A DNA stretch of 64,000 nt from contig CANKOI010000002.1 of the NCBI GenBank assembly GCA_947484175.1, positions 22,222 through 86,221 on the forward strand, in the 5' to 3' direction. A program made the position numbers and the translations under genes. The notes beneath the pieces were generated by a model that had not been told where the DNA came from, did no database searches, and saw only the letters and a program-made list of their open reading frames with translations. Position 1 is the first letter of the stretch; each line of letters begins with the position of its first letter. The stretch is from Deltaproteobacteria bacterium (GTDB taxonomy: Bacteria > Myxococcota_A > UBA796 > SXON01). This document shows, in pieces, positions 56,381 through 64,000 of this stretch.

Positions 56381-57857
56381 GTTCATGGTGGCGCTGGTGC
56401 TGCTGGTCGGCTGCAACGAAACGGGCTTCACGCAATTGGAGCGGGTGGACAGCTTCCAGCAGAAGCGCCGTACCACGTTCGACCTGCTGCTCGTCGTGGA
56501 CAACAGCTGTTCCATGATCGAGGAGCAGAAGAAGCTGGCCAGCAACTTCAGCGCCTTCATCCAGTTCTTCGAGGGCGGGGAAGTGGACTGGCAGCTCGGC
56601 GTCGTGCTCACCGACGTGGAAGACATTCCCAACGCCGGACACCTCGTAGGCGGCGACGACGAGATCGTGCTCGTCAACGCGGCAGGCAACGAGCAGGACC
56701 GCGTGGAGTACAGCCATGCGTGGGGGGTGACCGCCGGCTCGGCCTACAGCCTCGATCCGTCCTGGTACACCGCCGTGATGAACGACTCCCTTACCCACTG
56801 GTGCCAGGCGCCCGCGGGCTCGCCCGGAGCGGCGAACGCGAGCTGTGGGCTCAGCCTCGAGGGCGGGGGCGCCGACTCCCGCTACGGCGAGGTCATCGTC
56901 ACCGAGTTTCTCGCCGACCCGGAAGGTGTCGCCGACGACATGGGGGAGTGGGTGGAGCTGACGAACATCAGCGAAGCCGAGGTCGACCTCTCTGGATGGG
57001 GGCTGGTGGACGACGGGCGCAACGCCTACACCGTTCCCGACGGCACGACGATCGCCGCGGGAGCGAGCCTGGTGCTCGCGCGAACGAGCGACAGCGCAAC
57101 CAACGGCGGCATCGACGGCACCCTGGCGCTGGGTACCGACTTCACGCTGAACAACGACGTGCTGTACCTCACCAGCACGACCGAAGGCGCCGACGAGATC
57201 TTCCAGGAGATGGTGGCGCAGGGCACCAGCGGCTCCGGCCTTGAGGCAGGGTTTGAGGCCGTGCGCCTCGCCACCAACGACGAGGCGCGTGCAGGGCACA
57301 ACGCCGGCTTCATTCGGGATGACGCTAGCTTCAACGTCCTCATCGTCTCCGACGAAGAAGACCTCTCCCCCGACCCTGTAGACCAGTACCTCATCGACTA
57401 CGCCAACCTCAAGGGCGACGCGGCTTTCCGAGACCATTCGCTCATGAACGTGTCGGCGGTCGTGGGCTCCGATCCTCCCGAGTTCGCCGGCGAGGCAAGC
57501 TGCATCTCCGAGAACGGCGCCGCAGTGTACGGCCATCGTTATGTCGACGCCGTCGCCAAGACCGGCGGCCTCGTCGACAGCATCTGCGACGAAGACTTCT
57601 CCCCGATCGTCGCCGAACTGGGGCTCACGCTGTCCGGCTTGCAGGCCGAGTTTGAGCTGAGCAGCTACCCCGTGGTCTCGTCCCTCAAAGTGGCGCTCTA
57701 CAACTCGGCAGAAACCGAGAGCAAAGATCGAGATCTGACCCTCGACACCGACTACACCTACGTGGAGGAGCGCAACAGCCTGCGCTTCGAGTTCGAGCAG
57801 GTGCCAGCGAGCGAGCAATACATCCTTGCCGAGTACACGGTACGGAGCGGCACATGA
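56373..57857 (+). CDS. VWA-domain (CglB-like) lipoprotein with an inserted lamin-tail domain
   Basis: DLLLVVDNSCSM.EEQ MIDAS; GFIRDDA...VSDEED; VTEFLADP...GEWVEL.N...VDLSGW. Confidence 0.85.
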   Translation: MNRFMVALVLLVGCNETGFTQLERVDSFQQKRRTTFDLLLVVDNSCSMIEEQKKLASNFSAFIQFFEGGEVDWQLGVVLTDVEDIPNAGHLVGGDDEIVLVNAAGNEQDRVEYSHAWGVTAGSAYSLDPSWYTAVMNDSLTHWCQAPAGSPGAANASCGLSLEGGGADSRYGEVIVTEFLADPEGVADDMGEWVELTNISEAEVDLSGWGLVDDGRNAYTVPDGTTIAAGASLVLARTSDSATNGGIDGTLALGTDFTLNNDVLYLTSTTEGADEIFQEMVAQGTSGSGLEAGFEAVRLATNDEARAGHNAGFIRDDASFNVLIVSDEEDLSPDPVDQYLIDYANLKGDAAFRDHSLMNVSAVVGSDPPEFAGEASCISENGAAVYGHRYVDAVAKTGGLVDSICDEDFSPIVAELGLTLSGLQAEFELSSYPVVSSLKVALYNSAETESKDRDLTLDTDYTYVEERNSLRFEFEQVPASEQYILAEYTVRSGT

Positions 57858-58378
57858 GTTTGCTCCTCTCGCTGCTGTTCGCGTGCGCCACCACGACGAA
57901 GGCGGAGTGCTCGGCCGACGAACCCTGCGGCTTCGCCGAAGAGTGCATCGTCGGGCAGTGTGTGGCGCGCACGTGCGCCACTTCCGACCAGTGCGGAATC
58001 GAGGAGTACTGCTCGCGCGAGAACGCCTGCACCGCGGGCTGCGAGGCGGATACCGACTGCATGTACGGCGACGTCTGCAACACCGCCGACAAGGTTTGCG
58101 AGCTCGCGCAGTGCACCGACACGCACCTCGATTGCGGCTTCGGCGAGTTCTGCTCCATCCAGGGCGACTGCTACGACGCCGGGGGCTACTACTGCGCCGA
58201 TTGTGAAGACGACGGCGATTGCGGCGGGGCCACCAGCGACAACCGCTGTGTGTACGGCCAATGCGGCGTGATCTGCGAGGACGACCGCGATTGTCCAGGC
58301 GGGTTCTCCTGCATCCAGTTTTGGGAGGACGCCGCGGTCTGCTACGCGCCCTGCCACCTCCAGGAAGGCAAGGAGTAG
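57854..58378 (+). CDS. Cys-rich repeat lipoprotein
   Basis: MSLLLSLLFAC; about six CxxDxxC..C..C repeats. Confidence 0.85.
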   Translation: MSLLLSLLFACATTTKAECSADEPCGFAEECIVGQCVARTCATSDQCGIEEYCSRENACTAGCEADTDCMYGDVCNTADKVCELAQCTDTHLDCGFGEFCSIQGDCYDAGGYYCADCEDDGDCGGATSDNRCVYGQCGVICEDDRDCPGGFSCIQFWEDAAVCYAPCHLQEGKE

Positions 58379-58380
58379 CC

Positions 58381-61113
58381 GTGCGCGCCCCCCTCCCCTT
58401 CACGCTCGTTGTGCTCCTTGGTTGCCCGCCCGAAGAGGACACCGCCACTCGCTCGCGGTACCTCGGCCCCGTCCTTACGCATGAGGCGCCGGCGGCACCG
58501 GATGAGGGAGTGGCAGTCCAGTTGTCGGTGACCGCCAACGACCCCGAGGGCGTGGCCATCGTGCAGTTCTACTACCGCACGGAGGGCGACCCGAGCTGGG
58601 TACCTGCCGCGATGGAAGAGGATGGGGAGGTGTGGACGGTCGACCTTCCCGCCGAGAAGGTGGAGTCGCCGGGGCTGGAATACTACTTCCAGGCCGCCGA
58701 CTTGGGCGACCCCAGCGCGCTCTCGACGCTGCCGAAGGCGGGCAGCGCCGGCCCGTACCTCTTGCCCGTGCAGGTGATCGGCAGCGCGTTCCCGTTCTAC
58801 GAAGACTTCGAGCCGCCCAACCCCAACGTGGCCACGCTCGCCTCGCTCGAGTGGCACAGCGCGAGTCAGGGCTTTCGGGGGTACCCGTGGGACTTGAGCC
58901 CCGGTGAGACGCACGGAGGCGACTACGCCGCATTCCACGGGCGCGGCGCAGAAGGCACGACCACCCCTCACGACTGGCTGGTTTCCCCGCCGATCGACCT
59001 CTCCGCCGCCCCCACCGCGCAGGTGGTCTGGCACGAGTACGGGGTGTCGGCGAGCGAGGCTACGCATGGCCTCTACCTCAGCACGGGGAGCCCCGACCCC
59101 GACGACGGCGAGTACGTGCCCGTCGAAGCCGCCTTGCCGCCCGCGCCCGAGGGGACTTGGGGCCGGAGTCGTGCGTACGACCTGAGCGCTTGGGCCGGTC
59201 AGGTGGTGTACCTCTCGTGGAGCTACCAAGGCGGCGATACCGACGACTGGTACATCGACGACGTCGCGGTGAGCGAGCTCGAACCGCAGTTCAGCACGAC
59301 CTGGGTCACCGACCCCTCCGTGCTCGCGCCGGGCGCTGCGGCGGAACTGGTGGTCACCGTACTCAACGACTCGCCGATCGGTGCAACCGAGGTGGTGGTC
59401 ACCGCAGAGTTCCCCGAAGGCGGCGCCAGCACCGGCAACTCGCCTGCCATCGTCGGCGAAATCGCCGCGGGGGCGAGCGGCGAGGCTCGCTTCACGGTCG
59501 ACATCGATCCCGCCACCCCCGACAACAGCTACGTCCCGCTCACCCTCACGGTGAGCGCGGGCGGCGTTTCCACCACCGATGAGGGTCGACTCCTCGTTGG
59601 CGAGGCCAGCACGGCCACGGTTGAGTGGCTCTCCCTCGCCGACGGCTCGTTGAAGCTCGTGGTGGGCGTGGGCGACCCCGCGGCGCCCACGTGGTCCACG
59701 GTGGCGGCGAACGGCGTCGTGCTGGCGGGAACAGCCACCTACACGGCCGACATCACCGACGCGTGGGCCTTCCTGCCTGCCGGACCGGCCGACGGCCGCT
59801 GGTGGGTGGAGGCCAGCACCGCCAGCGGTGGCGCGGTGATGGACTTCTCGCTCACGTTCGACGGCGCCACCGAGTTCTCTTCCATGGCGCCGCTCGCGGT
59901 GGACGAAGCCGATTCGGGCGTCTGCTACCTGCCCGAACCGCCAAACCTTGTCCTCTCGAGCGTGAGTACCAACCCCGGCGAGCTCGACCCGGGCAGCGCC
60001 GACGCCACGATGAGCTTCACCGTCACCAACACCGGCGCGAGAACGGCCGACGTGCTCACCGCCACCCTGGTGAGCGCCGACCCCGACCTCACCGTGCTGG
60101 ACGGCGGGCCCATCTTGCTCGGCCTCGACGCCCTCGGCGAAGACGATTCGTCGCAGAAGCTCGGGGCCTTCCGCTTCGACGTCTCGGCGGCCCACCTCGA
60201 CTCCACCGACCTCGTCGCCGAGCTGTACCTGACCGATGGCATGGAGTCGTGGACCCTTCCCGTCGCCCTGCCCGTGCCCTTCCCGGTCTTCATGGTCACC
60301 GGTGTAGAGATCGACGACAGCGGGGGCGATGGCATCCTCGATGCCGACGAAACCGCCGAGCTCGAGTTCCGCATCACCAACATCGGCGACGAAGCGAGCG
60401 ACAGCCTTGTTCGTGGCGTCCTCTCCGTCGAGTCGACCAGCACCGCCCCCGCGGTGTCCGGCAGCAACAGCGAGAGCCTCGGCACGATGAGCGCGCGCAC
60501 CACCAAGACGGTCGACGACTTCGAGATCACCGTGGTCGGGGGCGCCGCTGGCGATACGGTCGACCTCCTCCTCACGCTGACCGACTCCACGCGCACCTAC
60601 GAAACCCGGCAGCAGCTCGTGCTCGGAGAGCCGCCCTGGCAGCCGATGGAAGACCTTGGCGACATCCGCGGCGACCTGCTGCCCAGCGGCGACTTCGATG
60701 TCTCCGCCGGCTGGTACCGGGTGATCGACGGCGTGCTCCAGATGCGCCTCGTCAGCACCACGGTGTTCGACCCGGCACGTCTCTTCGTCGAGGCCTGGGC
60801 CTCCTCTCCGGCGGCCGACTACGGGCTCTACCGCATCGTCGCCCAGTCCGGCGTGGGTTCCCTTCAGGGCTACGACTTCTCGTCCGGCACCTTCTACGAC
60901 CTCGACGACCCCGTGATCAGCTACCCCGACGCAACCACGGTGCAGTGGGACCTCCCGGTCGCATACCTGCAGGTCAGCTTCGACGAGCTCAGCATCGGCT
61001 TCGGCGCGGGCTGGTGCGGCGAACCCGACTACTACTGCGACCACTTCCCCGACGGCTGGGGCTACCCCTACGTCGGGTACAGCACCGCGAACTGGTTCAC
61101 GCTGAGCTGGTGA
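58381..61113 (+). CDS. Large surface lipoprotein with a cleaved-adhesin-like domain and Ig-like repeats
   Basis: VLLGC lipobox; FYEDFE, DWLVSPPIDLS, DLSAWAGQ...WYIDDV. Confidence 0.8.
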   Translation: MRAPLPFTLVVLLGCPPEEDTATRSRYLGPVLTHEAPAAPDEGVAVQLSVTANDPEGVAIVQFYYRTEGDPSWVPAAMEEDGEVWTVDLPAEKVESPGLEYYFQAADLGDPSALSTLPKAGSAGPYLLPVQVIGSAFPFYEDFEPPNPNVATLASLEWHSASQGFRGYPWDLSPGETHGGDYAAFHGRGAEGTTTPHDWLVSPPIDLSAAPTAQVVWHEYGVSASEATHGLYLSTGSPDPDDGEYVPVEAALPPAPEGTWGRSRAYDLSAWAGQVVYLSWSYQGGDTDDWYIDDVAVSELEPQFSTTWVTDPSVLAPGAAAELVVTVLNDSPIGATEVVVTAEFPEGGASTGNSPAIVGEIAAGASGEARFTVDIDPATPDNSYVPLTLTVSAGGVSTTDEGRLLVGEASTATVEWLSLADGSLKLVVGVGDPAAPTWSTVAANGVVLAGTATYTADITDAWAFLPAGPADGRWWVEASTASGGAVMDFSLTFDGATEFSSMAPLAVDEADSGVCYLPEPPNLVLSSVSTNPGELDPGSADATMSFTVTNTGARTADVLTATLVSADPDLTVLDGGPILLGLDALGEDDSSQKLGAFRFDVSAAHLDSTDLVAELYLTDGMESWTLPVALPVPFPVFMVTGVEIDDSGGDGILDADETAELEFRITNIGDEASDSLVRGVLSVESTSTAPAVSGSNSESLGTMSARTTKTVDDFEITVVGGAAGDTVDLLLTLTDSTRTYETRQQLVLGEPPWQPMEDLGDIRGDLLPSGDFDVSAGWYRVIDGVLQMRLVSTTVFDPARLFVEAWASSPAADYGLYRIVAQSGVGSLQGYDFSSGTFYDLDDPVISYPDATTVQWDLPVAYLQVSFDELSIGFGAGWCGEPDYYCDHFPDGWGYPYVGYSTANWFTLSW

Positions 61114-61146
61114 GGTTCCGGCTGAGGCCTTGCCCCCCGTTTGCGA

Positions 61147-62181
61147 TCAGGGCGTCATCTCGCCCGGCGTAACGGCACGAACCTCGGCGATCGTCACGCT
61201 CGCTTCGCTGGTCTCCTTGTCGCCCACCAGCACCTCCACGCCCTCGATCCAGCGTTCGACGGCCTTCGGGTCGTCGACCACGAGCTTGTCGAAGTCGTTG
61301 GACAGCATGATGCGAGGGGGGCTCTTGTCGCCGCGCGCGGGCTTGAGCGTACCGATCATGTCGCTGCGGTTGGGAGGCATGACCCCCTCCACCGGAATCT
61401 CCAGCTGGGTGACCACGTTGCCGCCCGCGTCTTTCAGCGTGGCGACGATCTTGATGTCGGTCATGGGGAACTTGCTTTCGTTGCTGATCATCGCGGACAT
61501 GTCGGAGATGCCCTTCTTGGCCTTGTCGGCCGCCATGGTCCATGACGCATTCGCGACGTACACGTACTTGTCGGGGTTGTAGAGCGGGTCGTAGTCGAGC
61601 TTGGTCTTGTCGTCGGCGAAGTAGTAGGCCGGCACCACTGAATCGATGGGGACGAAACCTTCTTTGCCTTCGAACCGGATGCGGTACCAGGAGCCACGCT
61701 TTCCCAACAGCTCCGCCTTCGCGCTGTTGGGCAACGCCACGAGGTCCGCCGAGCCGGCGCTCGCGTCGGCCTTCAGCGTGGCGCCGGCAGAGGTCACGAG
61801 CACTTCCTTGAAGCTGAGACCTCGCTCGCCGCTCTCGTCGAGGAACTTCAGGGGGGCGTCGCTCTTGGGGATCGAATTTTTCAGCGTGAGTGCGTGGTTC
61901 CAGATGCCGGCGGAGGCCGCGAGCATCAGTGCGGCCACGACCCCCTTCACCATCGGGGAGATGCCTCCACTCGCGTTCGGGAGGTCAGCGTCCTCCATCG
62001 CATCGGGCCGAAGCGAGGCTTTCAGCTCGGCGATCTCTACGGCGTAGAGCCACTCCGAGGCGCCCGGCGGCTGAACGATATCGCCACCGCCCAGCTCCCC
62101 TTTCTTGGCCAGTTGGCGAAGTTCGTCCATGCTGCCGGCCGAAGAGGACTGCCCGCGTACATTCACCATCCAACGTGACAT
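61147..62181 (-). CDS. Membrane protein with a GYF_2-like N-terminus and a bacterial SH3 domain
   Basis: SMDELRQLAKKGEL...W; single TM; ELLGKRGSWYRIRFEGKEGFV. Confidence 0.7.
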   Translation of the reverse strand: MSRWMVNVRGQSSSAGSMDELRQLAKKGELGGGDIVQPPGASEWLYAVEIAELKASLRPDAMEDADLPNASGGISPMVKGVVAALMLAASAGIWNHALTLKNSIPKSDAPLKFLDESGERGLSFKEVLVTSAGATLKADASAGSADLVALPNSAKAELLGKRGSWYRIRFEGKEGFVPIDSVVPAYYFADDKTKLDYDPLYNPDKYVYVANASWTMAADKAKKGISDMSAMISNESKFPMTDIKIVATLKDAGGNVVTQLEIPVEGVMPPNRSDMIGTLKPARGDKSPPRIMLSNDFDKLVVDDPKAVERWIEGVEVLVGDKETSEASVTIAEVRAVTPGEMTP

Positions 62182-62204
62182 TTGAGAATCCCAAGTGCGA
62201 CGGG

Positions 62205-62269
62205 TGCATACCGCTCAAGTCACCGGTGGGTCAAGGGCAGTTGACCGACGATTGACCCGCGACTAAGGG
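62205..62269. promoter_or_regulatory. Back-to-back divergent promoters
   Basis: Minus strand TTGACC-N18-TATGCA; plus strand TTGACC-N17-TAAGGG. Confidence 0.45.
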
Positions 62270-62289
62270 CGGCGCCTGCGGATCTCCGA

Positions 62290-62718
62290 TTGCCCTTCAA
62301 GCCAAAACCGCTCCTCGTCGTCTACGACCCGCTCCGGGGCCACTGCTTGCGGGTGGTCCCGCGCATGCGCCAGATGCTCGAGGATCGTGGTTTCAACGTC
62401 ACCGTCGCCACCACGGAGGAAGCGCCTGCCGACTTGGAGGAGTTTTTCGGGGTCGTCGTGGGCACCCCCACCACCCTCCGGGGTGAGGGCCCCTCCGACG
62501 CGATCGAGGCATGGATTCAACGCGCCCAGGCGCTTGACGAAAAAAAAGTGGCCGTTTTCTCCACGTTCTGGGCGCTGCCGGGGCGTGCGTTGGACCGCAT
62601 GCGGGCACGGCTCACCGAAGCGGGCGCCGAAGTCGTCGTGGAGCACGCTTACTGGCTGGCGCGACCGGCGGAGGGGGAGCATGTGCTGCCTGCGGAGTGC
62701 ATGGTCCGGATTCGCTGA
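62290..62718 (+). CDS. Flavodoxin-like protein
   Basis: LVVY...G, GVVVGTPT, KKVAVFST. Confidence 0.7.
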   Translation: MPFKPKPLLVVYDPLRGHCLRVVPRMRQMLEDRGFNVTVATTEEAPADLEEFFGVVVGTPTTLRGEGPSDAIEAWIQRAQALDEKKVAVFSTFWALPGRALDRMRARLTEAGAEVVVEHAYWLARPAEGEHVLPAECMVRIR

Positions 62719-62720
62719 GA

Positions 62721-62856
62721 GCGCGGGACCTCGCCGCGCAGGACGCGGCGCCGTTGAGGCGAAGCTCCCTCGCCGGCCGACTGTGGTGGTAGGGGAGCGT
62801 GGGAATGAAACACGGCGTTGGTGCGGGGTCCTGCTGCGGCTCGGCAGGGTCCGTGT
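62721..62856. ncRNA. Candidate structured RNA, rod-like with a central bubble (6S-like)
   Basis: Nested stems GGACC/GGTCC, GCCGC.GCAGGAC/GTCCTGC.GCGGC, CGCCGT/ACGGCG, GCTCCC/GGGAGC enclosing an unpaired bubble. Confidence 0.45.
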
Positions 62857-62882
62857 CGCGTGCGCATCGCGATCGGGCAACA

Positions 62883-64000
62883 TCACCCCCGCAGCGCCCT
62901 CCCCGTGTGGCTGGCCTCCACCTGCTTGATCGCCTCTGGCGTGCCGACCGCCACCAGCCTCCCCCCGCCCGCCCCGGCCTCCGGCCCGAGGTCGAGCACC
63001 CAGTCGGCGTGCCGGATCACGTCGAGGTGGTGCTCCACGACGATGACCGTCTGCCCTTCGTTTACGAAGCGGTCGAGAACCGCCAGCAGCTTCTCGACGT
63101 CGGCGAGGTGCAGACCGGTGGTGGGCTCGTCGAGCACGAAAACGCGCGGGCTGTCGCCGCCGCGCTCCATGAGCCCGATCGCCAACTTCACGCGCTGGGC
63201 TTCGCCGCCGGACAGGGTCGTCGACGACTGCCCGAGGCGTAGGTAGCCGAGCCCCACGTCGTCGAGCGCGCGCAGCCCCCGAGCGATCTTCTTGTGCGCG
63301 CCGAATAGGGCCAGCGCGGCATCGACTCGCATGTCGAGCACGTCCGCCACGGTCTGGCCCTTCCAGCGTACGTCCAGCGTGCTGCGGTCGAACCGGCGGC
63401 CCTGGCAGTGCTCGCAGCTCACCCACACGTCGCTGATGAAGTGCATCTCGATCTGGAGCTGCCCGTGCCCCCCGCAGTGGGCGCAGGCCCCCGCACCGCC
63501 GTTGAACGAGAAGCGCCCCGCTGTCCAGCCCCGCTCCACCGACAACGGCAACGAGGCGTAGAGCGCTCGAACGGCGTCCCATGCGCCCACGTAGGTGGCG
63601 GGGGTGCTGCGGGGGCTTCGCCCGATCGGCGACTGGTTGATGACCGTGAGCACGGGCAGAGCCGAGGTGGACTTCCCTTTCGGCACGGAGCTACCGTCGG
63701 CCGCGAGGCTAGCCCACGCCCCCTTCGCGCCCGCCTGCAGCGCGGGCACCAGGCCCTGCATCACCAGCGTGCTCTTGCCGCTGCCGCTCACCCCCGACAC
63801 CACAGTGAGGCAGCCCAGCGGGAATCGCGCCGTAAGGGACTCGAGGTTGTGGAGCCGAATCGGGCCCACCTCGATCCACCCCCGAGGCACGCGGGGCGTG
63901 GCCGGCGCAGTGATGCTCCGCTCCCCCCGCAAGAAGGCCCCGGTAAGCGAGGAGCCACCGAGCTGTCCGGGCGCGCCGGCTGCCACCACGGTGCCGCCTT
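62883..64000 (-). CDS. uvrA: Excinuclease ABC subunit A, C-terminal part (5' end outside the window)
   Basis: GVSGSGKS, IGRSPRS.PATY, CAHC...CEHC zinc finger, LSGGEAQR, LDEPTTGLH. Confidence 0.95.
   Translation of the reverse strand, partial: GGTVVAAGAPGQLGGSSLTGAFLRGERSITAPATPRVPRGWIEVGPIRLHNLESLTARFPLGCLTVVSGVSGSGKSTLVMQGLVPALQAGAKGAWASLAADGSSVPKGKSTSALPVLTVINQSPIGRSPRSTPATYVGAWDAVRALYASLPLSVERGWTAGRFSFNGGAGACAHCGGHGQLQIEMHFISDVWVSCEHCQGRRFDRSTLDVRWKGQTVADVLDMRVDAALALFGAHKKIARGLRALDDVGLGYLRLGQSSTTLSGGEAQRVKLAIGLMERGGDSPRVFVLDEPTTGLHLADVEKLLAVLDRFVNEGQTVIVVEHHLDVIRHADWVLDLGPEAGAGGGRLVAVGTPEAIKQVEASHTGRALRG

Noticed and set aside
62229-62258. GGTCAA/TTGACC inverted repeat as a transcription-factor site
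   Set aside because: More simply explained as back-to-back -35 elements of divergent promoters.

Overview
High-GC bacterial chromosomal window whose gene content and style suggest Myxococcota or another deltaproteobacterial lineage (inference). Housekeeping content: a complete nuoA-N operon (39.8-53.6 kb), hrpB, aat, pip, an archaeal-type rnhB and the 3' part of uvrA. Many lipoprotein and surface-protein genes are present. An accessory block at about 12.9-21.1 kb holds a Phd/VapC toxin-antitoxin pair, a nuclease-DinG helicase fusion, two putative secreted cargo proteins and a Fic remnant. Main findings: (1) an orphan contractile-injection spike module (PAAR coupled to a Trm112-like methyltransferase, then two gp5/baseplate-V genes, one with a long Gly-rich tail), followed by an HTH-SspB fusion and a GH-A hydrolase, with candidate cargo/immunity genes about 15 kb away; (2) a window-wide signal of leaderless genes with TA fixed at -12/-13; (3) very short lipoprotein signal peptides; (4) a copper monooxygenase coupled to a CX4CH cytochrome; (5) a circularly permuted lamin-tail domain inserted into a VWA lipoprotein; (6) a rod-shaped 6S-like RNA candidate. 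All family calls come from manual motif recognition; no database searches were run.
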